The notes under the pieces were generated by a model. The model searched no databases. It worked only from the letters and a program-made list of their open reading frames with translations, and was not told the origin of the DNA. From an uncultured Methanoregulaceae archaeon (GTDB lineage: Archaea; Halobacteriota; Methanomicrobia; Methanomicrobiales; Methanospirillaceae): a stretch of 64,000 nucleotides of DNA. Location of the stretch: the NCBI GenBank assembly GCA_963705255.1, contig OY970061.1, positions 2,048,001 through 2,112,000 on the forward strand, written 5' to 3'. Shown piece after piece: positions 19,456 to 29,875 of this stretch; the stretch's first letter is position 1, and each line of letters starts with the position of its first letter. A program made the translations under genes and the position numbers.

Positions 19456-20372
19456 ATGTTCCGGAAACTTGTTATCCCCATGGTAATTTTCAGTATCCTC
19501 ATAGCAGGATGCATATCCGGCCCGAATACGGCAAAAGGTACGCTCAATTTTTCATCCTCACCATCCGGTGCCCAGATATACCTCGACAGTCAGTACCAGG
19601 GGACTACGCCGAGCACCTTACCCGGTATAAATCCGGGAGATCACGCCCTCGAATACCGGTACCCCGGGTACCAGAGCTGGTACACGAATATTACGGTATC
19701 GTCGGGTTCGTCGGTAATCTATGCAGCGTTGATCCCTGCCGGCATGATCGCGAACCCTTCGTCGCTCGTTCAGGTTGAAACCACCCCCGCTCCTTCTTCC
19801 CCGCAGGCACTTACCCTGAATGTCGGGAAGGACCCTATGATCGTTGGCAACTCGCAGATATTTTCCGGCACAGGTACCCGGGCGGGACCGTGCAGCTGGT
19901 CCTGTCGGGCCCGGGAAAATATACGAACGGGGTGAACCTGTCCCGGCAAACTGTCGGTTCCGGCGGGACCTGGCAATATACCTGGAACCCGGGGTCTTCA
20001 GTCCTGGCCGGTTCCTACAGCATCGTCGCAAGCGATCCTCAAAAGGCAACGTCCGTGAGGGCCGCGTTCAATGTCGTCGGCGGGGGCCAGGTTACCGTCA
20101 TAACGGGCAGGTATTCCTACAAAATTGGCGATACCATAACCTTTTCCGGTTTATGTACAACCGGTGCCCAGAGTGTCATCCTGACCCTCTCCGGTCCGGG
20201 GCAGTTTTCCAATGGAATAAGCCTTGGGACGCAGTCGGTTAATGCCGACAACTCCTGGACGTACAAATATGTGACATCCTATTCGATGCCGGTCGGATCG
20301 TATACGATAAATGTCAACGATGCACAAATGACGGCTTCTGCATCTTCGATCTTTTCAGTCTCCAGCGGGTGA
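19456..20372 (+). CDS. PEGA-domain secreted/lipoprotein (frameshift near 19880)
   Basis: IAGC signal, SSPSGAQIYLD..GTTP PEGA motif, followed by two Ig-like repeats (LSGPG.Y/F.NG). Confidence 0.75.
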
Positions 20373-20575
20373 GGGAACAACCGGCTGGAAATAATCCGGC
20401 GCCGCTCATAAAAAAATTTCCCGTTTTTCTTTCCGGTTCATGGAAAAAATGTCGTTTTAATGGAGGAGATCCGCCAGTATTCGGCAAATACTCGGCGCAA
20501 TGAAAATAAAAACCCGAACCAGCCATCCGATACCTATTTGAATGATTTTATACTAATATTCGTTCGGAGAACACC

Positions 20576-21763
20576 ATGGGCATTATCAAGAAATTCCTCA
20601 ACATGTTCAAATCGGGAAAAGGAGAGGAGGATGAAGCGCGCCTCCGTGCACAGAAGGAGCGCTCAGAGAACTTCCTCAGGGCCCTGACGGAGGGGGACCT
20701 CGACGCCCGGTGGGCAGCAGTCCGGTCTGTCGGTGATCTTGGTGAACCCTTCATCGAACCACTGATACAGGGTCTGAAGGATGAATACTGGATCATCCGG
20801 AGGGGCTCAGCCGACACCCTTGGCAAGATCGGCGCCCCGGCAGTTGCCCCGCTGATCGGTGCGCTGGATGAGCCGTGGGACGATATCCGGCAGGAGACGA
20901 TCCGGGCGCTCCAGCTGATCGGCGAGCCATCGGTCGCGCCCCTCATCCAGGCGACCACGAACCACCACCCGCTCATCCGGCGTGGCGCCGTTCAGGCGCT
21001 CGGTATCATGGGAGAAGGGCGGGCAGTACCGGTCCTGATCGGGTCCCTGAAAGACGCAGACGCGGGCGTCCGGCGCGAGTGTGCCGTTGCGTTAGGCAGG
21101 ATCGGCGATCCTCAGGCAGTCCCGCACCTTGTCGATTGCCTCAGCGATGCACAGGAACAGGTCAGGAGTGCCGCGATGGCTACCCTCTGCTCCCTGGGCG
21201 GGCCATCCATCGGGCCGCTGATCTATGCCCTTGTTGACGTGAATGAGGATGTCTGTCGCCGTGCCGCGATGGCCCTGATCACGATTGGCGAGCCGTCCGT
21301 CGATGCCCTGATATCCGCCCTGAAGGATCCGAACCCCGGCATCCGCAGGGGTGCTGCCGAAGTGCTCGGGCAGATCGGGAACACGAAAGCCATTGGCCCG
21401 ATTATCGATGCATTTGACGATCCTGAACGGCTGGTCAGGAGCGAAGCAGTCCGGTCCCTTGCTGCGCTTGGCGTACCTGCCATTGCCCCGCTCATGCAGG
21501 TCTTCCGTGAAGGTGACAACCGGATGAGGACCGGTGCCATGGAGGCGCTCTGGATGCTGGGCCAGCCGGCAACGACACCGCTTATCATGGTGCTGAAAGA
21601 CGACCAGAGCGATGTGCGGAAGCGGGCAGCGCTCCTGCTTGGTGAGATTGGCGACGCCAAAGCTGTTGACCACCTGACCGGGCTGCTTTCCGACGATAAT
21701 GTTGCGGTGCGTAAGGAAGCGTTCGAAGCTCTCGAGATGATCAAGAACCGGACTTCTCCATAA
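20576..21763 (+). CDS. HEAT/PBS-lyase repeat protein
   Basis: Repeated VR..AA.ALG.IGD..AV..LI..L.D units. Confidence 0.9.
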   Translation: MGIIKKFLNMFKSGKGEEDEARLRAQKERSENFLRALTEGDLDARWAAVRSVGDLGEPFIEPLIQGLKDEYWIIRRGSADTLGKIGAPAVAPLIGALDEPWDDIRQETIRALQLIGEPSVAPLIQATTNHHPLIRRGAVQALGIMGEGRAVPVLIGSLKDADAGVRRECAVALGRIGDPQAVPHLVDCLSDAQEQVRSAAMATLCSLGGPSIGPLIYALVDVNEDVCRRAAMALITIGEPSVDALISALKDPNPGIRRGAAEVLGQIGNTKAIGPIIDAFDDPERLVRSEAVRSLAALGVPAIAPLMQVFREGDNRMRTGAMEALWMLGQPATTPLIMVLKDDQSDVRKRAALLLGEIGDAKAVDHLTGLLSDDNVAVRKEAFEALEMIKNRTSP

Positions 21764-21867
21764 ACTCCCTCCTTTTTTTGAGCAGACATCCGGTTCAGGG
21801 TAGTTATCGGACAATAATCCATCCCGAAGTCTTTTTTCCCTGCCAGTGAAACAGTGATACTGACACC

Positions 21868-22833
21868 ATGTTCGGGTTTTTTTCTTATAAGAAAGCGGTG
21901 ACCGGCCAGTCCGCTGGTGCCAAACAGCAGACCGCCCGGCTCTCGGTCATCTCCAATATATCCCTTGTTGTCATGAAACTCGCTGTCGGGTCAGCCGTTG
22001 GCTCGCTCGCCATCATCTCCGAAGCCCTTCACTCGGGGATAGACCTCCTCGCCGCCCTTATTGCGTACTTATCGATAAAGAAAGCAAGTGAGCCGCCGGA
22101 CGAGATCCACCGGTTCGGGCATGGCAAATTCGAGGACATATCCGGTTTTTTCGAGGCCCTGCTCATCTTTGCTGCCGCTGTCCTGATCATGTACGAAGCC
22201 GTCATGAAACTCATCCACGGTGAAACCGGCCTGGACACCGGCGCGCTGCTGTATGCCGGTATCGCTGTCATGGGGGTTTCGGCGGTGGTGAATTTTTACG
22301 TTTCCGGTCGCCTGATGAATGTGGCAAAAGCGACCGAGTCCATCGCCCTTGAAAGCGACGCCTGGCACCTCCGCACCGACGTCTATACCTCCCTTGGGAT
22401 CATGGCAGGGCTGGTCCTGATCAAACTCACCGGTATCGTGATTCTCGACCAGCTCTTTGCTTTCGGGGTTGCCGTTGTTATCATGCACGCAGCATACGAA
22501 CTGACGGTACGCTCCTTTGGCACCCTCACCGATCGCCGCCTCTCCGATAAGGAGGAGGACCGGATCAAGCAGATCCTGTGCGATCATGCGACGGACTATG
22601 CCAATTTCCATGCCCTGAGGACGAGAAGGTCCGGTGCCGACCGGTTCATCGACCTCCACCTGGTCGTGGCAAAAGATACCACGGTCCAGGAAGCGCACGA
22701 TCTTTCCGATCATCTCGAGTCCGATATCCTTCTTGAGTTCCCGAGGGCGAGCATCTCCATCCATGTGGAACCGTGCAGCGGGGACTGCAACGACTGCTCC
22801 TCTCTGTGCAGGGGACATAAGCCTGCAGTCTGA
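21868..22833 (+). CDS. Cation diffusion facilitator (FieF-like) transporter
   Basis: EALHSGID, HRFGHGKFE, DAWHLRTD and IHVEP motifs. Confidence 0.93.
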   Translation: MFGFFSYKKAVTGQSAGAKQQTARLSVISNISLVVMKLAVGSAVGSLAIISEALHSGIDLLAALIAYLSIKKASEPPDEIHRFGHGKFEDISGFFEALLIFAAAVLIMYEAVMKLIHGETGLDTGALLYAGIAVMGVSAVVNFYVSGRLMNVAKATESIALESDAWHLRTDVYTSLGIMAGLVLIKLTGIVILDQLFAFGVAVVIMHAAYELTVRSFGTLTDRRLSDKEEDRIKQILCDHATDYANFHALRTRRSGADRFIDLHLVVAKDTTVQEAHDLSDHLESDILLEFPRASISIHVEPCSGDCNDCSSLCRGHKPAV

Positions 22834-23091
22834 TCGCAGCTTCTGGTAGTATTGCCTGGTACCCTCCCCTCCGGTACGCCCCTGATCGTACCCTTTGTTT
22901 CCGCACACAGCACTTGCCCGGAGGGAGCAAAGGCCTCTGCCGTTATCGCCCCAGGGCCGGCAGGGTGTCTTTTGCCTTCTCCGGTACATTCTCTCCAACA
23001 CTACCGTGCGGGAATTCTTCCATCCCACTCATCCTGCTGCCATGGCAGGTTCACAACCTATTTCCGATCCGGGGGACACTACCAGTGAGGT

Positions 23092-23535
23092 ATGGCAATG
23101 CGACTGGTGGTTACATTACGAAACCGCGAAGCAGTGACAAAGGGGTCAACGGGTGGCCCTGCAGCTGGTGTCCTGCCCGACACCTACCGCGAACGGCTGA
23201 TCAAGTATATCCCGGTAGAAGTGATCGTGCTCTTCGTAGCGGCATATGGCACGGGCTACGCTGTGCTGGGTACCGAGCCGCTTTTTCCCAGGATTGCCCT
23301 CTGGATAGTTCTTGTGGGGATCATAGGGACACCTCTCTATCTCTGGAAGGCCGGACAGGTGACCGACCTGGTACAGCTGTTCATATCGACTCTTGGGTTT
23401 GTCCTCTGGGTGTTTGCTCTCGGAGTGCTCCCCATTTCAGATCTTCCGTGGTATAACCAGGTGGTCGCCGCGCTGGTCCTGCCGGTGTACGTCTTTGCTT
23501 CGCCACTCGCCGTGGGCATTCCGGACCGCTGGTGA
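23092..23535 (+). CDS. Membrane hypothetical protein (about 4 TM)
   Basis: Hydrophobic helices; ERLIKYIPVE motif. Confidence 0.65.
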   Translation: MAMRLVVTLRNREAVTKGSTGGPAAGVLPDTYRERLIKYIPVEVIVLFVAAYGTGYAVLGTEPLFPRIALWIVLVGIIGTPLYLWKAGQVTDLVQLFISTLGFVLWVFALGVLPISDLPWYNQVVAALVLPVYVFASPLAVGIPDRW

Positions 23536-23724
23536 GTGCTCCTATGCCGGGTCACCGCGATCAAAAAAAAGCGCGGTCAGCCGGAAAGAGGCAGCGCCGG
23601 AATGAAAACAGGTCGGGAGGAAAAGGACGGGAAAGGATCATAGTATAGCCGGAAAATGATAAAAAAATGGGCTTTGTAGAAATTCTATTTTATCGCATGA
23701 TTCGCTCATATTCTTCAACGGAAT

Positions 23725-24115
23725 GAGCGTGACCCCCTCTCTCAAGTCGAAGGGGGGAGGCAACGCAAGGGAGCATCCCCTTGAATCTCTGAGAGGTCTT
23801 CGGAATGTCGAAGGTCGGCTTTTGCCTCCCTTCTCCTTCTCGGGATTTGATAACCCCTCGAACCTCGAAGAGGAGAAGATTTACAAAGTAAATCTTCGAC
23901 CCCTTTTTCGGGATTTTTCATAAACCTTCTGAGGGACTATCGCAATTTTGGGGGAAATCTGCCGTTGCCCAAGGCAAGGGCAGATTCGAGAAGATGCGAG
24001 AGCATCTTCGCTGTGCCCTGGTGGCAGGCAATTCGAAGAACGCTGACGCGTTCTTCTCTTGTCTCCATGACTTCGTCATGTCGACATCCCCAAGAGCGAC
24101 TGCTTGTCTCTATAA
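23725..24115. repeat. Modular hairpin repeat, copy D (longest)
   Basis: 23807-23877 is about 80% identical to the reverse complement of 7692-7764; stems GAAGATTTAC-aaa-GTAAATCTTC, GAAGATGC-gaga-GCATCTTC, GAAGAACGC-tgac-GCGTTCTTC, CATGAC-ttc-GTCATG. Confidence 0.85.
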
Positions 24116-24148
24116 GGATTTCTACAGAACCAAACAATGAGAAAGGAC

Positions 24149-24815
24149 TTACAGTTCCCCGAGGTCCTTCCAGTAGTCGGTACTCATGCTTCCAGAATTC
24201 TTTGTTGAATGACACCAGGCGTTTGAAGTACTCTTTGCGCTCGTGGTGGTATTTTTCCTGGGCCGGGTCTTTCCACTTCGTCCTGACGGCATCGGCCAGT
24301 CTTCTCCCGAGTTCCTTTGCCTGGTGTTCTCCGCCGGTGATGGCATTCGGGTCTGCGCCGACAAGCACTCCGACTCTTCCTACCGTTGTTGCCCCGAGGT
24401 TCTGGAGCGTGACGTTCATGTAGTCGGCAACCTCGTCTGCCATGGAGCCCCCCGCCGTGCAGACACCGCACCCGTACTTCCCGGCGAATGACTGGCAGTG
24501 GATCGAGTCGGCCATCCGGTCGAGTACCGTTTTGAGCTGGGCCGTGACCTGGTTGATATAATTCGGTGAACCGAGCACGATCCCGTCCGCGTCCATCATC
24601 TTTTCGAGAAGCGCGGGAAAGTCGTCATCGTTGACGCACTCGCCTTTCGCATAACAGGTCCCGCATGCAGTGCAGTACTTTATATCGAGGCCACAGATGT
24701 CTATGAACGTTACATCCGCTCCCGCCTGGCGCGCTCCTTCGAGCACCCCCATGACAAGCCGACGGGTCTGGCTCTTCTCCCCTTTCGGGCTCGCGTTGAT
24801 TCCGATGATCTTCAC
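24149..24815 (-). CDS. Iron-sulfur flavoprotein / flavodoxin-family protein (frameshift near 24180)
   Basis: INASPKG, CTACGTC....C and GSPNY motifs; natural end ...YDYWKDLGEL* lies in another frame. Confidence 0.85.
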
Positions 24816-24958
24816 GATATCACCTACTGTACTGGTGCCTGCCGGGTATCATAAAGATGTGCGGTACCCGCTCATAACCGGAATGTTCCGGCGGAATACA
24901 TCTGCAAAAGGGAGGACACTTATAGGCGGTACGGACCATCACTTTTTGTGAATCAACC

Positions 24959-25348
24959 ATGATCATCCGCGATGTCACCGATTGCTCTCATGAACGGGTC
25001 ATTGACCGGTCCCTTCTCTGCGAGCTCCTCCATCCCGACAGGGTGGAAGGGACAGGAAGTCTCGGGTGCAGTGTCGCCCACGCGATCGTCCCGCACGGTG
25101 AATCGACTCTTCCGCATGTATTGAAAACATCATCGGAACTCTACTATATCCTCGAAGGGACGGGAGAGATGCATATCGGCCGCGAGAGCACGCCGGTTCA
25201 TGGAGGCCAGATTGTATACATTCCCCGTGGTGAGCAGCAGCATATCCGTAATTCCGGCTCAGGAGATCTTGTATTTCTCTGCATCGTTGCCCCGAAATGG
25301 CAGGCCGCGGACGAGGAACTTGTCAGATATCCTGCCGGTCAAAAGTAA
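24959..25348 (+). CDS. Cupin-domain protein
   Basis: PH.....ELYYILEG.GEM and IPRGEQQHIRN motifs. Confidence 0.85.
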   Translation: MIIRDVTDCSHERVIDRSLLCELLHPDRVEGTGSLGCSVAHAIVPHGESTLPHVLKTSSELYYILEGTGEMHIGRESTPVHGGQIVYIPRGEQQHIRNSGSGDLVFLCIVAPKWQAADEELVRYPAGQK

Positions 25349-25411
25349 CCTGAGCGAGGAATGGCGTACCGATGCGGATGTTTTTTATAAATTGAGCAAT
25401 ATTCCTCATCT

Positions 25412-25774
25412 ATGGGTATCACAGGTCTAAGTCAGGAAAACAGGACACGGGTATTCTTCTTCCTGATCCTTTTTGCTGCCGTGCTCTGGGCAGTATTCCT
25501 CCTGCAGCGCGGCGAGATATTCCAGCTCAGTATCCTGGTCGCATCGCTTGCCGCCATCAACCCGGTGGTAGGACTTATCGAAGTGAGAAATCCCCGGAAA
25601 GCACGGTCCCTGTTCTTCCTGTATCTTCTTATCCTTGTGGGCCTCCTGTGGGCGACGTTTCTCATTGTCCTCGGGGTTCAGCTCTGGATCAGCCTCTTCC
25701 TCATCATCGTTGCCATCGGGATACCCGCAATCCTCAAGATGACTACCCATGAACTGGATCCGGTTGTGAAGTAA
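25412..25774 (+). CDS. Small 4-TM membrane protein
   Basis: Hydrophobicity pattern. Confidence 0.6.
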   Translation: MGITGLSQENRTRVFFFLILFAAVLWAVFLLQRGEIFQLSILVASLAAINPVVGLIEVRNPRKARSLFFLYLLILVGLLWATFLIVLGVQLWISLFLIIVAIGIPAILKMTTHELDPVVK

Positions 25775-25983
25775 CATATTTACGATTTTATCACGAAACC
25801 GATACCAGGCAGGAAAATTATCCCTTACGAGAGGAAAGGCCGGGGGTACAGGGTATCCTGTCGTCAAAACCGGAATGAAAATGCATCGATGGCGTCTTTG
25901 CTGGTTGCTGTGACCGGCCCGGTTGCCGGGACAATAGTCCACCGGATTTCTGACAATTCAAAAAGAGACAGGATCAAAAAAAG

Positions 25984-26577
25984 TTATTCCCAGTAATATT
26001 TTACAAACAGCTTAGATTTCTGGATGGATGGCGTGAAGACCCGGAGTGCAACCGGTATTATCAGGACGGTCACGATAATGTTGCCGACCAGCCAGCTGGA
26101 GAAGACACTGCCCATCTGGCCGCCAGGGATTACGTTGCCGAGCCCGAGGGTCCAGGCACCCCATGCGGCACCGACGATATTGTTGATCACGACGCCGAAG
26201 AGGAGGAGGAGGGATATGTCCCGCCGGTTTTTCAGCGTCAGGTCGACTTCGAAGGTACGGAGCGCCACCAGCGGGATAAGGACCTGGAGGAGTCCGGCAA
26301 CAGCCCAGTATATCGCGACATCGGGATGGCTGGCAATGGTCCCGGCGGAGAGGAGCCCTGACCCGATCAGCGTGCCGGCATACGCGGCAATTGCACCATA
26401 GGCGCCAAACCAGAGCGTGAAGAGGATCATGAACGCAACGGCAGGATACAGCCAGGAGACCCCGCTCACGCCCGCGGGGAAGAGAGCACCGGAGAGCTGG
26501 GCGAGGAGGATGTTGACAACGATGAGAACGAGCGTGAGAATGACAAAGGAGTACGTGGGTTCATGGACGTTTTTCAT
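25984..26577 (-). CDS. MASE1-like integral membrane protein
   Basis: WLYPAVA..LFTLWFG.YG and WLVGN motifs, multiple TM helices. Confidence 0.65.
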   Translation of the reverse strand: MKNVHEPTYSFVILTLVLIVVNILLAQLSGALFPAGVSGVSWLYPAVAFMILFTLWFGAYGAIAAYAGTLIGSGLLSAGTIASHPDVAIYWAVAGLLQVLIPLVALRTFEVDLTLKNRRDISLLLLFGVVINNIVGAAWGAWTLGLGNVIPGGQMGSVFSSWLVGNIIVTVLIIPVALRVFTPSIQKSKLFVKYYWE

Positions 26578-26811
26578 GAATTCACCTGTATTCCATATGG
26601 TACGTGTATATATAGTATTTTTCCGGGTTCTGGCAAGTTGTCGGGAGTTCGACTATTCCGGAATCTTTGTCAAAAATCGGCAGCTCGCAATGTAAACTTT
26701 GAGGATTGTTGAAAGCAGTTATCATCATGGGATAAAAGTTAGTGTTAACTGTCGTGGATTAGAAGAAAAAATTTGTTACTGTGGTAGCGGACGATTATAA
26801 TTAATGTACCA

Positions 26812-27383
26812 TTAATCGTCGTTGTAATCGCTTAAAGGTACATTCTTGCTGATTCTCTCAAGCTCTCTGTGAATGTCAATATAAAGCGGGACTGTATCAC
26901 GCCCTTTCAATTTTTGAGGATCTATGATTGCTTCATGAAAATCAAACCTTTTGTAGAACCCAACGGCTTCTGGTTCGCATCGACCGTAATAATTCTGCAA
27001 CCGATATATGCTGAGAATCGGATCCAGATTGCGTAAATCTTTCTAAGCATACAGCGGCCTATTCCCTGTCGTTCAAATTCTTGATGGGTGGCTAAACGTG
27101 CAATTTTTAGTGCAGGATATGTACTATATGTAAAACCGGGATCTCCATCTCCATTAATGAGTTCCTTCTTCTTGATGACGTCAGTGACCAGAGTGAAATA
27201 CCCCGCAAGCCGACCTTTATAAAAAACGAGTCGTGTAACTGATGTCCGGTCTAACTGATTCTCATAGGCATCCTCAATTAAAAAGCCCTTCAATTCATCA
27301 TTATTGCATTTAAAAGTGGGAAGATGATGAAGATAATCAGCAGTCAGAACTAAAAAGTCTAGATCTTCACAGCCGATACTCAT
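26812..27383 (-). CDS. GNAT-family acetyltransferase toxin (frameshift near 26970)
   Basis: FKCNNDELKGFL, YPALKIARLA, RQGIG and VDA[K]PEAVGFYKRFDF motifs. Confidence 0.85.
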
Positions 27384-27530
27384 TTAAAGACGTGATCTCT
27401 CAGCTAACTCAGCCGCTTCCCTAATCAGCTTACGACCCGCATCAGTATATTTCGGATTATCAATATATTCTTGAAATCTGATAGACTCCTCGTGATCAAG
27501 GACGAGTCCCAACTCAATAGGTTTTGCCAT
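27384..27530 (-). CDS. 48-aa putative antitoxin of the GNAT toxin (not in ORF track)
   Basis: MAKPIELGLVLDHEESIRFQEYIDNPKYTDAGRKLIREAAELAERSRL*; stop abuts the toxin ATG. Confidence 0.75.
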   Translation of the reverse strand: MAKPIELGLVLDHEESIRFQEYIDNPKYTDAGRKLIREAAELAERSRL

Positions 27531-27545
27531 CTCTCATCTCCCCTA

Positions 27546-27565
27546 TGTTAACACGAGTGTTAACA
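27546..27565. promoter_or_regulatory. Perfect palindromic operator upstream of the GNAT TA pair
   Basis: TGTTAACAC-ga-GTGTTAACA, 15 bp upstream of the antitoxin start. Confidence 0.65.
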
Positions 27566-27760
27566 CTTTGTTAGCAATGTTATATTATAATTACTTAAAG
27601 ATTATTCCATTTTACTAGAGAACACTCTCTTATTTTATAGAGAAAAATTCCATAACTGGTTGTTATCTCACATCATCATGAATTCATTTGTTCTTATGTT
27701 TTTACCAACAGCCACTTATCACACCCATTAGAATCTATCTAAAAGAAAAAAATATTGAGA

Positions 27761-27970
27761 TTATTTTACTCGTGCCATCTGGCTTGCATTCCGTATCAAT
27801 ACCATCCACTTGGTATCCCCCTCAACAACAATCCCGCACGCCTCAGCGGGTGTCTTTCCTTTTAACGCTTCGTGCCCACGGACAAAGTTGTGGTAAATCT
27901 GCATTCCGGGGAGGATCTTTGTATCGACTTTCTTTAACCCGCGCATTGCTTGTTCCCGGTCCCGAATCAA
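27761..27970 (-). mobile_element. C-terminal remnant of a DDE transposase (IS6-like)
   Basis: MRGLKK...IYHNFVRGHEALKGKTPAEACGI...KW..LI.NA; 5' portion missing. Confidence 0.7.
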
Positions 27971-28097
27971 CTTGACAGAACCTTGTTGCGGTCCGGCCGG
28001 AAGCGGTACCGTTCCGGTCTTTCAGCCCGGCCGGAACAGTGATATGCAGCAATTATTATTGCAGCGATACCGAACTATAGATTGAGGAAGGTCGCTC

Positions 28098-29204
28098 ATG
28101 AAGAAGTCACAGGACCCGGATCTGGCTTCAGTATCTGCGGAAGAGGCTGAACTGGTACAGGCAGCGATGCAGGCCGTGAGCGAACGCGACAACGCAGGAC
28201 TCGAAGGGCTCGTCGGCGGCCTTGATTCCGTCATCATCACCACCGAACCGGACAACCTCGTCCCCGCCGTCTACGAACTGCTGAGGTATACCGGCCTCTC
28301 GTGCCAGGAGGCATTTTTTAACGCCGAAGCGCAGAGCTATGTCCTTGGCCTCCCGGGATCAGCGTCCCTTATCATACGGTCACGCGGCGGGGCGCCAAAC
28401 CCGTTTGCCGGTGCCAATAAAGCCCGGCTGACTGCACACCTCCCCAATACACGGCTCGAGACGTTCGTCTTCTCCACGCCGGATATCCGGCAGTACGTGG
28501 CGATCCAGAAGAAAAGGGGGGTGAAGTTCCTCACTGCCGGTCCCCGGGAATCGGATTACTTCCTGTTCATCCAGACCGTCCCCTCCCCGTTCACCGGAAA
28601 CTCGGTCGGGTTCATCGAATGGCAGGATGATATGAAGACCTATGCACCACAGGGGGCGACCCGTGTCTCACCTGACCTTGAAAAGCCGTCGTTCCGCCAC
28701 CTCGGCAATATCTTTGAGCTCGACCATGTTGCCACCCGTGTGCGGGCCCAGGACCGGAAGGCCGCCATCCTCGAATTCGTCGGTCTCACCAATTACCATT
28801 ACGATTTCGGCGTGCATGTCAGGTCCCTCAACTCGATCACGAGCGTGGCACGGCGCAACCCTGACGATTTTGCCATGGTGTTCACTTCCGGGATCACCCC
28901 CTTCGTCTCGGAAGAGGTGTCCGGGCCTACCGAGAAGTTCATCCGGAACTACGGGACCCGGGCCCACCATATGGCGTTCCGGACCGGGAATATCGAGGCG
29001 ACGATAAAGAACCTGAAAAAAGACGGGATGAAGTTCCTGCTCGAGCTGGCAGGTTCTGAAGAGGAGGGGCTCAAACAGATCTTCTCGGAGCCTTCGCCCT
29101 CCACCCTGATCGTCAACGAATACATCCACCGGTATGGTGGTTTTGACGGCTTTTTTACCCGATCCAACGTAGAAAAACTGACCGGGGCAACCGCACGACA
29201 GTAA
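28098..29204 (+). CDS. VOC-superfamily, 4-hydroxyphenylpyruvate dioxygenase-like protein
   Basis: LDHVATRV, AHHMAF, LKQIFS and NEYIHRYGGFDGFF motifs. Confidence 0.7.
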   Translation: MKKSQDPDLASVSAEEAELVQAAMQAVSERDNAGLEGLVGGLDSVIITTEPDNLVPAVYELLRYTGLSCQEAFFNAEAQSYVLGLPGSASLIIRSRGGAPNPFAGANKARLTAHLPNTRLETFVFSTPDIRQYVAIQKKRGVKFLTAGPRESDYFLFIQTVPSPFTGNSVGFIEWQDDMKTYAPQGATRVSPDLEKPSFRHLGNIFELDHVATRVRAQDRKAAILEFVGLTNYHYDFGVHVRSLNSITSVARRNPDDFAMVFTSGITPFVSEEVSGPTEKFIRNYGTRAHHMAFRTGNIEATIKNLKKDGMKFLLELAGSEEEGLKQIFSEPSPSTLIVNEYIHRYGGFDGFFTRSNVEKLTGATARQ

Positions 29205-29274
29205 AAAAAGATTATCCGGCTTCAGGCATTCCGGGTTATTGCCGGGCGGGGCCCTGAAAGATGTTTTTGACGGT

Positions 29275-29781
29275 TCAGGCCGGCTGGGCATTCATGTCAG
29301 GCGGGATCAGGTGCCTGAGTATGAGTTCCGGGACCTGGTCGGATGTCCTGACGGTCATGGTGAAGTCCGCGTTTCCTCCGGTCGAGCCGAGATAGGTCAG
29401 GGTTATCTGGAAGTCCGTGTCAAAGACCGGGATACCCATAACAGTTATCCGTGCGTGCCGGGGGCTGATCACCCGTTCCTGTCCGACCACCAGTTCCTCT
29501 TTTGTCCCGTCCACGTCTGCCACCGTCCCGTTGTTATACGACACGACAAGGATATGGCTGCTCCCGATCGTGATCGGCTCCCCGTCCGGGAGGGTGACCC
29601 GGTACGTCGTGGTGTACGGGAGCGCCGTCCCGGTCGTCGTATCGAGCACTGCGATGGTGAGGGTAAAAACAGCGAGGGTGGCAATGACGATGACCAGGAG
29701 TACGATGCCGAGCAGGACCTTCGTCCCGGTACTCCAGCCTCGTGCGCCCTTTGTATCAGCACTTCGGGAACTTTCCGCCAT
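29275..29781 (-). CDS. Membrane-anchored hypothetical protein
   Basis: N-terminal TM helix followed by a beta-rich domain. Confidence 0.7.
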   Translation of the reverse strand: MAESSRSADTKGARGWSTGTKVLLGIVLLVIVIATLAVFTLTIAVLDTTTGTALPYTTTYRVTLPDGEPITIGSSHILVVSYNNGTVADVDGTKEELVVGQERVISPRHARITVMGIPVFDTDFQITLTYLGSTGGNADFTMTVRTSDQVPELILRHLIPPDMNAQPA

Positions 29782-29875
29782 AGGTCTTCCATTGTACAGG
29801 AGTTCCCGGAATATTATATGGGTTGTGGATTTGTCGTGTCCCGGCCCGCTCATCCCGTGGTGCTGGTACTATCAA

